NCBI RefSeq assembly: GCF_000002075.1
Contig: NW_004797276.1
Location: 1,915,972-1,979,971, forward strand
Origin: Aplysia californica
Taxonomy: Eukaryota
Length of the DNA stretch: 64,000 nt
Direction: 5' to 3'
Numbering within the stretch: position 1 is the first letter of the stretch; every line of letters starts with the position of its first letter. The translations under genes were made by a program, and so were the position numbers. The notes below the pieces were generated by a model. That model was given only the letters and a program-made list of their open reading frames with translations. It was not told the origin of the DNA and did not search any database. Shown here one piece after another: positions 25,601-36,412 of this stretch.

Positions 25601-28600
25601 TTTAGAACATGAGTTGTGTTTGCTTTGCCAAAGATCAGCCTTCCCTTTTTGCACATTCAAGTTTTTCCTTGTTTATTTCCAAGAAACACAAATGCCACCA
25701 CAGCCATTGATTTCGATTTAAAAAGAGATGTTTTTTTAAAAAGAATCAAATGTGAGCACATTTTGATTAAATCATAGTGCCTCCAACAAAGATACACTTC
25801 TGCTGTTGACAAGTCAAATCTTCTGAAAGGAATGTCGAATTTCAAGTCTCTGTCTTCACCCAGTGGGACTGTTTTTACAGATTTCAATAGACCATTAGGT
25901 GGATTGTTATAGAGAGTTCCAAGAAATCATGTTCTTAAGTGTCTGTGACTGAAGAAGAATTTTCACTGTCGCTAACTCAACTATATCAAACCCCTCCCTT
26001 ACCTTATTTAGGCCATATGTGGCCTAAGTAAGCACTCCCTATATCAAATGCATGACTCATGGAAACATTCGCTACACTTATTGTATGACTTCCTACAGGG
26101 ATATTTGATATAAAATACTTGTTATTTTACCTCGCAGTTGGAGTTGGCATATATCTAATATTTTGCTTTATTTTTTTCCCTTCCTTCAATTTTACTTACT
26201 GTTCAGAATTACTTTTTTCTAATGTTAAATTTTCAGAGACCTGCATCTGCAGCGGATTTTGCTTAAATTGAACAACTAATAGAAAAAAATGTTTCAAGTA
26301 ATATAATATATCTCTTTTTGTATCTCCTTAACTTAATTTGTTTAATAATGTATATATACCCTGTATTGTTGAAAATCAAGTGATTAAAAAGATGATTTGG
26401 GGGTTCTCGTGGTCGAGAGGTTACAGTGTTCGACTCTCATTCAATAGGTCCCGGGTTCGAATTCGGATAGAGACGTAACATTTTCTTCTCTAAAATTGTT
26501 CTCCTTTCACCTTCTTTCCTGCTGTCTAACAATATTTTGTTGTCTGCCTTTGTCTCAACGTCCTGCGCCCACCCCCTCACCTCCTTTGCCCCCTCCTCCA
26601 GGCTCCTAACTCTTTCTGCTGCCTTTCTACTGCTACTCCTTGGCTCCTTCTTACTGCTGTCTTTCAGCCACAACCCTGATCATATGGTAAATTATAAGAT
26701 CTAACACCTACCTGGCCTTCTCGGATAAGGGCGAAAAATCTCAAAGGTAGCGTGTGCAAGTTGCGCATGTTAATGACGCTTGGTGGTCCAAAATCGATAA
26801 GAATAGGTCTCGCCGCCAACCGAACAAAATTTTAACATTTCCTACCAACTGAAAATGTTAATTGTGTCCCACGTGCTCATATGACCTTATGCAGTTGCGA
26901 GCACCAAAAAACACTTACCCAAAAAAAATAAAAAATTTCTGTTTACTTTTGTATCTTTTGTTTTTGTAGCACTGATATTATATTAGACTAGATGAACTAT
27001 ATTTCTATGACAGAGGATATATTCACCTGTCATTTGAGCTTACAATTTTGTTTTGAAGAAAGGTCTCGAAAAAAAAGGTATATTCTATTTTGGTGGTGTC
27101 AGACGATGTAAGTGCCTAATGATGTATATATCTTGAAGAATACGAGAAAAATAGCTCTAGTTCTTTATTATTTGCTCCATCTATTCTTGGCACTAGTACC
27201 TTTCAGATTCATTTTTTTCCTTAAGTCGATTTATTCCTATCACCAGGACTGACATCTATGTGGCAGTAGACTTCCAACTGCCTGTTATAAACGGGTCACT
27301 CGGTGCCTTTGTGGCTGCACGGGTGGACCGGGGAGGTGTTGAGGCCTTTGCAGCTCATGGAATCTTCTTGTTTGTCTTCCCGGATAGGTACATTGTGACT
27401 AACGACTTTGGTAAGATTGACAACTATCCACCCTTTTCTTATTAAGAGATTATTGTTGTTTATGGTCAGGTGTAAAAAGAAAAATCCTCTTTTGCATTAT
27501 TCGACAATGCATGCCAACACTTGTTCTGGTTGTAAACCACATTGAGCATAGAGTAGAATGTGGGTATACGCTGTCTAAATACAACCATTATTATTATTAT
27601 TGTTATCATCCTTTTTATAATTATTATTATCACGTATTAACAAAGCTATTAAGCCAAGTATTGCGTAGATACAAGATTCCTTTTGCACTCGTTTTGTTTA
27701 AATGGGCTTCATTTTTACTTGTGTTTGTTGAAGAAACATGTCTCCCATTTCTAACAAGATATGAACTTTGGATTTTTGATAGCAGTGGTAGGAAATGGGG
27801 GAGAGAGGAGGTGTTTTTGCCAAAGTTGTTGGTAAACTTTTTTTTATTTCACCTCTTTGATAACTTTATAGCTCATTTAAGATGTGAAATGTTTAACAAC
27901 AAAAAGCCTTTTCTAATTTTTTTTAGCCCGTACAAAAACCCTCAAGAACGGGTCTCTGGTCTTCGAGACAGGAGAGTGGCACAGACTGGGTCTGCTGGTT
28001 CAGGTAAACCAATTTTTAGCTATACTGTGCGGGCTTCCAGTCAAAATCATAGTATTGGACCATTATAATTTTATGGGTATCTGAACAGAGAAGTTATCTG
28101 TGGAAGTTGAAATAGATGTCAAAATGGTTTGATATGACTGTAGGCCTATACATGCATGTACATTTTTATAAAGGGATGTGATATTTTAATATGAGGAGAT
28201 GTCGAGCCAACAGACTGAGCATAAGAGGGTGCTAATGTATACTGCAACATAACAATTTATTCAACCTTAAAAATCATCTTGCCAGTTTGTTTCTTTCTTT
28301 TCCATGTGGCCAGGGGATAAGACAAAGTGCATCATTATATCCAAAATTATCCCATCTGGGTCAATTAAAAACAAACTTCATTTTATTTTTGTCTTTGAAC
28401 TTGTTTTTCTCTCTGTGCTCAAACATTTGCTTGATTATTTCTCTCATCAGGATGGCAACGTTCAGGGAAGCTTTGATAAGAAAATTCTGTTCAACATGCC
28501 TGTCCCAGCTCTGCCCGTGAGTGGTTTTGCCGCTATCGGCACAGACACATTTGGACTGGCAGATTTCGATAACCTACAGCTGACTGGACCTTCCGAAGGG

Positions 28601-28663
28601 AGCAAGATAATGTCGAAGCATTTACACTCCAAGTCTTTGTACTTTGAGAAAGAACATCACTAA
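10091..28663 (+). CDS. GALC: Galactocerebrosidase-like (GH59) copy 1, complete, 18 coding exons, 2052 nt / 683 aa
   Basis: Join 10091-10219,10967-11035,11694-11757,12246-12334,12678-12842,13263-13301,13499-13626,13962-14079,17322-17359,18368-18492,19092-19231,20661-20750,21395-21484,22586-22727,24805-24976,27247-27410,27927-28003,28451-28663. All introns are GT-AG and the frame stays open. Signal peptide plus GALC motifs [61 protein letters not shown] (acid/base Glu), WASED (nucleophile Glu), GCWARILNQNY, EPWSG, CVRP, GFAAIGT..FDN. Confidence 0.95.
10967..11035 (+). CDS. GALC: GALC copy 1 exon 2 ([23 protein letters not shown])
   Basis: TACTAAC branch point, pyrimidine tract, AG; donor AAG|gtattt; 69 nt. 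Confidence 0.95.
11694..11757 (+). CDS. GALC: GALC copy 1 exon 3 ([21 protein letters not shown])
   Basis: cag| ... G|gtaagc; 64 nt. Confidence 0.95.
12246..12334 (+). CDS. GALC: GALC copy 1 exon 4 ([30 protein letters not shown])
   Basis: cag| ... AAG|gtttgt; 89 nt. Confidence 0.95.
12678..12842 (+). CDS. GALC: GALC copy 1 exon 5 ([17 protein letters not shown]...IDYVG)
   Basis: tttcag| ... GGG|gtgagt; 165 nt. Confidence 0.95.
13263..13301 (+). CDS. GALC: GALC copy 1 exon 6 ([13 protein letters not shown], catalytic acid/base Glu)
   Basis: Pyrimidine tract + cag| ... AAG|gtaaat; 39 nt. Confidence 0.95.
13499..13626 (+). CDS. GALC: GALC copy 1 exon 7 ([10 protein letters not shown]...IVHAIG)
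   Basis: tacag| ... GG|gtatgt; 128 nt. Confidence 0.93.
13962..14079 (+). CDS. GALC: GALC copy 1 exon 8 (CHYPGT...[21 protein letters not shown], nucleophile Glu)
   Basis: gacag| ... CGG|gtaact; 118 nt. Confidence 0.95.
14921..16177. mobile_element. Non-autonomous DNA transposon in copy 1 intron 8
   Basis: ~50 bp TIRs (tagtctgggcaacaccaaaaggacaacttatcgacctcattacaca / tgtgtaatgaggtcgataagttgtccatttggtgctgcccagatta), TA duplication; empty site ccTAgt near 50309 in copy 2. Confidence 0.88.
15978..16049 (+). repeat. 36-bp tandem duplication (2 copies)
   Basis: atgatcatagacaatatctctttatatttgtcgcat x2. Confidence 0.9.
16430..16510 (+). repeat. ~41-bp tandem duplication (2 copies)
   Basis: agaataaa(a/g)aatgatatgattcttaccttgcaagcttaag x2; single copy in paralog near 50624. 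Confidence 0.85.
16564..16621. repeat. (TA)n microsatellite
   Basis: Direct. Confidence 0.95.
17322..17359 (+). CDS. GALC: GALC copy 1 exon 9 ([13 protein letters not shown])
   Basis: cctcag| ... GC|gtaagt; 38 nt. Confidence 0.93.
17384..18204. mobile_element. Tc1/pogo-type MITE in copy 1 intron 9
   Basis: ta|cagtggaacttggattcaacgaa left end; repeated ttcgttgaatcc subterminal motifs at the decayed right end; absent from copy 2. Confidence 0.7.
18368..18492 (+). CDS. GALC: GALC copy 1 exon 10 ([11 protein letters not shown]...[16 protein letters not shown])
   Basis: gacag| ... G|gtgaga; 125 nt. Confidence 0.95.
19092..19231 (+). CDS. GALC: GALC copy 1 exon 11 (AHTTQF...GGSYV...LTIVIETM)
   Basis: tgcag| ... 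ATG|gtaaat; 140 nt. Confidence 0.95.
19475..19959. mobile_element. Tc1/mariner-type MITE (GGCCAC subterminal repeats) in copy 1 intron 11
   Basis: TA|CAGTCAAACCTG ... CAGGTTTGACTG|TA; absent at the paralogous site near 54118. Confidence 0.92.
20661..20750 (+). CDS. GALC: GALC copy 1 exon 12 ([13 protein letters not shown]...GKF)
   Basis: gacag| ... TTC|gtaagt; 90 nt. Confidence 0.95.
21395..21484 (+). CDS. GALC: GALC copy 1 exon 13 ([13 protein letters not shown]...DPIK)
   Basis: cacag| ... AAA|gtaagc; 90 nt. Confidence 0.93.
22586..22727 (+). CDS. GALC: GALC copy 1 exon 14 (FVNG...[22 protein letters not shown])
   Basis: ttcag| ... A|gtaagg (phase 1); 142 nt. Confidence 0.95.
23862..23954 (+). 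pseudogene. Dead remnant of alternative exon 15a in GALC copy 1
   Basis: Near-identical to the 5' half of 58192-58381, but with CAG>TAG at 23900-23902. The 3' half and the donor are deleted; homology jumps to ~58735 of copy 2. Confidence 0.9.
24805..24976 (+). CDS. GALC: GALC copy 1 exon 15b, the only surviving variant ([18 protein letters not shown]...[22 protein letters not shown])
   Basis: catag| ... TG|gtaaga; 172 nt, phase 1-2. Confidence 0.93.
26399..26935 (+). mobile_element. Full-length tRNA-derived SINE
   Basis: A box GTGGTCGAGAGG, B box GGTTCGAATTC, body, tail tatgaccttatgcagttgcgagc, A-rich end; family members at 7245, 39808 and 2060. Confidence 0.88.
27247..27410 (+). CDS. GALC: GALC copy 1 exon 16 (TDIYVAVDF...[10 protein letters not shown]...GIFLFVF)
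   Basis: accag| ... G|gtaaga; 164 nt. Confidence 0.93.
27927..28003 (+). CDS. GALC: GALC copy 1 exon 17 (ARTKTLKNG...[11 protein letters not shown])
   Basis: ctaat branch point, poly-T, tag| ... CAG|gtaaac; 77 nt. Confidence 0.9.
28451..28663 (+). CDS. GALC: GALC copy 1 terminal exon 18 (DGNVQG...[18 protein letters not shown]...EKEHH*)
   Basis: atcag| ... TAA at 28661-28663. Confidence 0.93.
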   Translation, partial: DGNVQGSFDKKILFNMPVPALPVSGFAAIGTDTFGLADFDNLQLTGPSEGSKIMSKHLHSKSLYFEKEHH

Positions 28664-29829
28664 TGGATTTCAGTAACCACATCCTGAGACCTACTTCCTA
28701 TAGTGCACTTCCATACTACCAGCTATAACTTTGTTTTTACGGACATGCAGNNNNNNNNNNNNNNNNNNNNNNNNNNNNNNNNNNNNNNNNNNNNNNNNNN
28801 NNNNNNNNNNNNNNNNNNNNNNNNNNNNNNNNNNNNNNNNNNNNNNNNNNNNNNNNNNNNNNNNNNNNNNNNNNNNNNNNNNNNNAAAATTCTTATTTTG
28901 CCCCCAAGCTCTAAACCTTTTACTCAACAACAGCGTTGAACTAGAAGCAGGCAGCATAGCTCAAGCTGCAACATTACTGACCCATTTACAACAAAAATAC
29001 ACTCAAATGAGAAATGCAGGGGAGAAAATGCATGATTCAGAGGACTTGGCGAATGGGAGCCAAAATAGAATTTAGGTATGAAAATGTTTCACAGGAAATT
29101 TCTTTTATTATTCTCAAAATATGCTTTTGAAAATACCTTTTTTGGAACCAATCTGTGCATTTTGAGATGGAAAGTAGACGCCGTAATCTCAAAACCAACC
29201 AGTGTCTTTCTTTACAGTACAGGGGGATAATCTCCCTCAGTCTCATTTTTATACCACAGTTGAACACATCATGAAACCTCTCTTTCAACCTTTCAACTAT
29301 CAAATCCTGAAAAAGGGTAGTCTTCATCATGTGCGGTTAATCTTTCTGGGCAAAGAAAATACTCTCGCTTTAGATCCTGGGAGGTTTGAAATCCAGTCTC
29401 TCTCTCTCTTTGAGCGCTAGTCTTTGCATTATTGAACTTGTTTGGTTACGCCTCTGAAAGGACATGCTATTAAAAGAAATGGATTTTTTTTTTTAAACTT
29501 TTGTGATTTTTTCTCTAATTACAAATCCAAGGCCAAAATGAGGATTAGTAGATCTATGTGATGGCATTGGCATGGAACTTAGTGATTTTTTTCTTGCAAG
29601 AGTGCCATTATATAGTAGTAGTGGATACTGGTTTTGTATAATATTCTATTCCAGACTGTGATTCACTGAGTATTATAAATTATAACTAAAGCAGATGGAT
29701 GTTGCTCCCTGCACCAATTCATTATCTCTTTCCTGATCTCTCACCCTATATGTGGACATTTATGAGGAGAGAGGTTCTCCTAATTCACTACTGTACTAGA
29801 TGTTGTTGTTGTTAGCGATCCAGTAGCAT

Positions 29830-30050
29830 CTGAGCGTTAACTCTTCTGCATGATACCATTCTGTAATACACACATGTAGCTGCATGTCTGTTCTAATTGT
29901 TGTCTTGAGGAGTAGAGGCAATTAGATGTGTGGGGTAGCTTGGGAAGAAAACATCGCCTTAAAGCAGTTAATTTTCTACAGGAGAACAGATGATGTTCCA
30001 CTGTCTCTGAGGGGTAGTCACATAGTGGGCAGGCAGCAGAATTCACTACT
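29830..30050 (-). mobile_element. LINE 3' fragment with CCHC knuckle (I-group-like)
   Basis: CPLCDYPSETVEHHLFSC. Confidence 0.75.
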
Positions 30051-30369
30051 ACTAGTAGTATTAGAGGAATGTAACATTTTCATAGAGCTTCCTGTTGATA
30101 AAGTGGGAACATCCTTCAGTTTTCTTCAAATACTATGACCGTGTGAAACTTCGCCAAGTTAGTATACTGTCAAAATTATTTTTTAAATAAAAATTTACAA
30201 AACAGCTTTTTGTGCCTCTTTTTTGCCACAGAGTGAGTTTGAAAGAGAATGATTGCCAATTTTTTAAAATGTTAGTAATCAATTCTTTTTTTGCTGCCAT
30301 TTCATACTTATAATTTTTTGTTGGTGGAATTGTACACTTATTCAATCCCACATTTATTCAACAATTGTA

Positions 30370-30826
30370 CTCTTGGAATTACTTGAATCCAGAGCTAGAA
30401 TCATACTATAGCAAGAGGCACATGTCCATAGCTGCTCATCTCTCCTTTCCAGCGTCCACCTCAGGGTCTTCCTGCTAATTGTCTCCATGAGGAACCGGTT
30501 TGAGACACACCTGACCACTCCTCGCAGCAAACTTTTTTTCCTGTACCCCGCACACACTTTTCTTTTATTGTGCTGGGTGTGTGGGAGTCTGTCTCCTCTT
30601 AATCATGGGGGCTCTCCTTGCATCTGGCGATCACCATTGGTGGGTCAAGCATGATTTGGCCATTGGGTGCTGCTTTGCCGGCAAGTTCATCAGCACTCTC
30701 ATTTCCGTGCACCCCGGCATGACCAGGGCAGAACACCCATGTAATCTTTAGGAGGAAGCTATTTGCAATGGAAGCTCTCCAGTCGCTGTAGAGCCACCCA
30801 CTCCTGATTTTTTCTAGGGTGCTCAT
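30370..30826 (-). mobile_element. RNase H-bearing LINE fragment
   Basis: ITWVFCPGHAGVHGNESADELA RNase H motif. Confidence 0.8.
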
Positions 30827-32984
30827 AATTGTACTCTGCTAAATGCAATTCTAAGAAATGATTTGATGATCCGGGAAATATTTTTTACAACTTTTTCTTT
30901 GAAGCACTTTCGTATTGAATACCTTTTTAGTTATGTAAGCGTGCTTTTTTGTGTGGGAGTAATGTCTCTGCTTCGAAAGTACCGATAGTTTTTTAACAAC
31001 TTATTGATATATGCCTGTAGAACCAGGTCACATCACAGGTATGTGTCAGCTTACAGCTGATGTGCTACCTGAAAGTGCATTGCAGACACATAACAGCTAC
31101 ATGTACTCAATCTTATATCAGAACAAAATACTTTTTGACATTTTTGGAGCATGATTCATGAGAAAGAATTTTAAAAATTTCAATTTTTAATTTCCCAGCA
31201 TTTTTATTATTAGTTATTTGTACTGTTTACAGGTTCTGTCTTATTGTGCGGGTGTTTCCTGTCGTGGGTCCAGAGTACTTAGCATTGTTTTATGAAGATG
31301 AATTGCTCTGCTGTTTTCCTCTATGCACACTGTTATCAACATATCTGATGCAGAGATTCCTCTTGTTTTTCCTCATATAAAGTGTAATGCTACCTGTAGA
31401 AGATAAATGCAGGCAATACACAGTTTCTTGATTCTTGTTTGTGGAGTAAACATCATGAGAGGTCGAAATATGGAGGCCTGCTTGGTTCCCATACTGACGA
31501 CAGTATTTTTTGCTCTTGCAATCGGACTTTTCTTTGGAGTAGATGAATACATGTGTATATGTGTACATTTACTTTATATTGTACATTACTTGGTGAAATG
31601 AAATTTCCATCTTTTGAAGATTGATTTTTGATGCAATGGTTCTGCAAGCGAGTGTGAGAGGCATGTTACATTCCATTTTAAATTGTATTGATAGTTCTAA
31701 AACAAAACACGGTAAAAATGTGAGTGCAATGCAACAAGGAGGAACTACTAAAAACAATGTTCTTTTCCGTTCTTCTTCAACATCACTGGACTTGCAGTGA
31801 AAGCCATTTTGCAGAGAGTAATGGCAGCCATATCAATGCATCTTTAATTACAATAAGATGCATACAAAGGCAAAGTCTGAAACATTCATACTAATATTAT
31901 TGCATTAAACTCTAGACTGGTACTGGTTTCAGTTCACAATTTAAATTTTGTTTTCGTTTTTATTGACTTTATTTTTAATACTAGACATAATGCAAATTTC
32001 TTACAAAGATTTGGTCAGGATAATGTTTTGTATGAAGTGCTCAAGTCTGAAAGGAGCAAGTTTGTTTCGTGTGTTCAGAGATGATAAAAATTAATCAGTG
32101 CTTACGTAAGACTTTTTTTGTTCAAATTATTTCAAAGCACCAACCATGCCTTTGTGAAAATCTGATAAATGCATTTTGAAGTTAAAACTTTCGAGTTCTT
32201 AATTGACTGTCCAAGTTGAATCAAGATTCTGTGAAGATAACGCATTTCATACATGATCATTGCTAGTCTGGACTCTTTACCTTAAAGTAGCCAGAGTTGG
32301 TGTAGGACACATGGACCATCAAATGGTTTACCAAAAACAAACTGATATTAGTGATATTGCAGAAATTTGAGTCCCATAAAACATTTACTCAAACTAAGAC
32401 ATACTCCATAAATGAAAGTTTCACATTTTATTCTATGATGTGTAACACACATGAAAGGGCAGTCAACAGATCTCCATTTCATATTTCAATTATGAGATGT
32501 CACTGGTAAGCGTTTGCTTTGTGTTTAGGCAAGAACTTGAAAGAAGGAGGCACAGAACCAAGCTGCATTTCCCTGTAAAACAAAAACAAATGTCAGTGTG
32601 GTTTCCTTGATGGTTTACCATGTTGTTTTTGTTTTACTCGACAGTTAGCACTGGACATATAAGAGTCTCCAGGGCATTCGTAATAATATGAGGTCTTTTA
32701 TTGAAGCATATGGAAGCAGCTCTTGAACTCCCCGCATAGGAATATCATATCTGCACACTAAAAAGTTTACACCCTACTTAAGATCATAAATGAAACAAAC
32801 AAACAAGACATTCTATACTGCTACTAAACTGTATTGGTCATACAGGAGGAATAGCACACTTTTTGGCTTATGCTTATGTTTAACTGACACAATCACCGCT
32901 GCTGCCATTCGCTGTAAGCATAATAATATATTGTTGTATTATGCTTCATACACGGTCTTTGATTTAACAAATTATTGGTCTGTT

Positions 32985-34000
32985 GACGGTGACTGTGGGT
33001 CCGGAGATCGATTGATTAGACCTATCCGGGCTCAGAGGGTTCGCCCATAGTGTGGGCACAGGTGTTGGACTTCTTGTGGTAGAGGTAGGTCTGGATTTGT
33101 GTACGTTGCATTTTCGTTTGGCTTAGGGGATGCGCTTGGCTTCTGCTGCTTTGGCTCCCTTAGTTTGCAGCACCAGGCTGGACGAGCTACGGCCAGTGTT
33201 CCAGTGTTTCCCAGGAGTCGTTCGTGATTACTAGTTCTTTTAGTGAGACTTTGAGGCAGTTCTTGAAACGTTTTATTTTTCTGCCCTCTGACTGAGCGCT
33301 TGCCATGAAACAGCTCTCCACACATCAGCTGTTTAGGAAACCAGCTGTTCGCCATTCTGACCACGTGGCCAGCCCATCTGGAGGGGTGTGTAGATGCTGG
33401 GAATTCTGGCCCGCTCTTATCCCTATCCAAACGCTCTGGGGTCATTTTGTATCCCCAGTGTTGTATTCTCCACATTTTAGAATACTTCTTGTGAAAGATC
33501 TCTGTGAAACTTTCAGTTTTTCTCAAAAAAATCATTTTGACAGACTGCTATGTAAAGCGTACGGATCGGATTAACGAGTAAATTTCTTCTTTGGAAAGTG
33601 GTTGCACAGAGTTCCCACGTCGTTTGGATACGATAGCAAAACACGACGCACGGATAGAGTTAAACATCCTTGTCTGGGGCTTTGTCCTGTCATCGGATGC
33701 GGAAGATTTTACGGAAACAGCTCAGGTGGAGTCGATTGAGCTGCTTGGCTTGTCTGCTGTAGACAGTCCAGGTCTCGCTGGTGTAAAGAAGGATGATAAA
33801 AACCACTACCCGGTAGAGCGTTGTGGAGAGGCTGAGTCCTCTGCGCTCCCAGACATTCTTGCGAGCCTCCTAAAGGCGGCGCTGGCCTTAGCAGCTCTGT
33901 TGTTAATTTCAGCTTATGAAATTTACAGTACGTGTCCTGCCCAGGTAGATAAAGTTGTCAGCTGCTTGGAATTTCTGTTCCCCTCACCATGATTTTTGGC
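32985..34000 (-). mobile_element. RTE/BovB-like LINE 3' fragments
   Basis: QLNRLHLSCFRKI (near 33740), RWAGHVVRM...PKQLMCGEL..GKRS, and a CPH.GR...RIGL zinc-finger-like end. Confidence 0.8.
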
Positions 34001-34556
34001 ACATTATTAGGTTGTCCTGTAGCTGGTGTTAACATTTTTTGCTGGATTCGGGTAACACTGTAAAGGGCTAGGCCTACCATAATCCCAACCCTACCCAGCC
34101 CTTTCCCTGACCACACCCTTTACCCTTTTTAAAACCTGAATCCAGCACATGCAAATAAAACATGCAGATCTGTAAGTAATGGGGGATTGCCGCTGCGTCT
34201 AAAATGCCCCCCCCCCCTTTTTTTTTAAATTATTGACATTTGTGCCTGTACCCGCTTGAAGTCTTCTTCCTCTTTATCGTCTCAAGTGACGCACTTCTGT
34301 AGGCTACTTTCCACTTGCACCTCTCTTTCTCAGCCTTTGTTTGAACTTTTCGTTAAACTGAGAGTGATTTATTTATTTTATTGTTTTCTTACAATGTCTT
34401 CCTTGGAAGGTTACATTAAGTGTACATGAACATAATAATATTTTAGTTTAGATCTAGTTGTGACAAATTCGTAATTGTTTATGGTTGTTTATGATTGTTT
34501 ATGAGATAACATCAATTGCTAAACAAGAAAGAAAATTCAAGCTTTTACAGGCAATA

Positions 34557-36412
34557 ANNNNNNNNNNNNNNNNNNNNNNNNNNNNNNNNNNNNNNNNNNN
34601 NNNNNNNNNNNNNNNNNNNNNNNNNNNNNNNNNNNNNNNNNNNNNNNNNNNNNNNNNNNNNNNNNNNNNNNNNNNNNNNNNNNNNNNNNNNNNNNNNNNN
34701 NNNNNNNNNNNNNNNNNNNNNNNNNNNNNNNNNNNNNNAAAAAAACCGCGAATTTTTATGACAACATAATGTTTGGCAAAATGCAACACTAACATAGGTT
34801 TCAAGTTATTTGTTGTGTTTATTAACTGAAACTTTGCACACTTCTTGAGTGATATAGCTGACATGAACTGAGGGTCCAGCACATTCATTTGAGCTCACGT
34901 TGACCTTGACCTTGGTGAACAAACTTAGTAACGCGTGTGGCCTCCACGTGCAGCGATTACAGTGAAGCATCTTCTGTTCATATAGTTAATCGAACGGTTG
35001 ATCTGGCCGTTTTGGATGCCACCGAAGATCTGGGTGATGGCTGCAGTCAACTGGGCTGCTGTTCGAGGCCGTGGCTGCATCTGGTTAAGCTGTCTTTGGA
35101 TCACGTCCCACAAATGTTCAATAGGGTTCAAGTTAAGTGAGCGAGGTGGGTGTGCCCAAAAAATGACATTGTTCTGGGTACCACGTGCGGTATGTGGTCG
35201 TGCGTTGTCTTGTTGATACAGGAAGTTAGGATGCCTCTGTAGAAAGGGCACCACATGAGGTGCCAAGACTTGTGCAATGTAGCGCTGAGCCGTGACGCCG
35301 TTTTCACGTCCTGGACCAATGTTCTGGAAGATGACAGGTCCCACTCTATGATTCAACGCCATGACTTCCCATACCATCACGCTCTAGCCTCCCCAGAGGT
35401 CACGCTCCAGAATGTTGTTGTCGTCGTAGTGAGTCGTGTCTCTACGCCACACACGGATACGGCCATTCGCTGGATGGACTCAGAACCTGCTTTCATCACC
35501 GAAGAGAACTCTCCTCCACTGTGCGTTTTGCCAGTTGACATGCGCCTGCGCCCACTGTAGCCATTGTTGGGGATGCCTTTGTGTTAGGACAGCTCCCTGG
35601 TAAGGACACCTGCAGTGAAGACCAGCAGTCACTAACCTCCGTGACACAGTCCAGCGGCTAAGTTGGCTTCCAGTCGTTCCCGTGGTTGTTCTGGTAGTCT
35701 CTGCAGCCGGCAGAAACTAAACGGATCGCGGCGGTGCCGACGAACGATGACACGATCATTGGCTGGGGTTGTCACCCTTGGTCTTCCGCTTCTTGGTCGA
35801 TCTGCTGTGGTCGCTGTCGCTTGTAGTCGGTTCCGAAGGTTATAAATGCTTGGGTGGACACCAAAAACCTGGGACACCTGTTCCACCGACTCACCGGACG
35901 CCAGTCGTCCGACAGCTCTTTCTCTGTTTTCCTTTGATAACTTTGGCATGTCTGTAGCTCGTCTGTTTCGATATGAATGCAACATTTCGAGACGTGGATT
36001 TTATAGGAATACGCCCAGGACTGAGTGAGCATAAACTCACCACTCACAACAAGTTGCAAGTGTGTCCCAGTGGTGAGTGATGACTCGTGAGTTGTGCATT
36101 GCTTACGCAGCCAATGACATCTTTGCGACGCTCAAAAATGCCCAATCAAGACGCTCAAGACAAGTGTTGAGTGGTATGAGTTCATATGACACAACTATGA
36201 ACTCAGCATTGGGCGATTACAACAACATTAAAACATCGTGTTGTTNNNNNNNNNNNNNNNNNNNNNNNNNNNNNNNNNNNNNNNNNNNNNNNNNNNNNNN
36301 NNNNNNNNNNNNNNNNNNNNNNNNNNNNNNNNNNNNNNNNNNNNNNNNNNNNNNNNNNNNNNNNNNNNNNNNNNNNNNNNNNNNNNNNNNNNNNNNNNNN
36401 NNNNNNNNNNNN
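34557..36412 (-). mobile_element. Tc1 DNA transposon with a dead transposase at 35949-34925; both ends fall in N-gaps
   Basis: MPKLSKENRERAVG..HTH, DRPRSGRPRVTT, WRRVLFGDESRF*, QQDNARPH, LNPIEHLW, GGHTRY; frameshifts and a stop. Confidence 0.9.

Noticed and set aside
26399-26475. tRNA gene
   Set aside because: A/B boxes continue into a SINE body repeated elsewhere, and there is no proper acceptor stem.
31407-31601. Short hydrophobic ORF (LVPILTTVFFALAIGLFFG) as a membrane-protein exon
   Set aside because: No recognisable family or supporting exons; such ORFs arise by chance in T-rich DNA.
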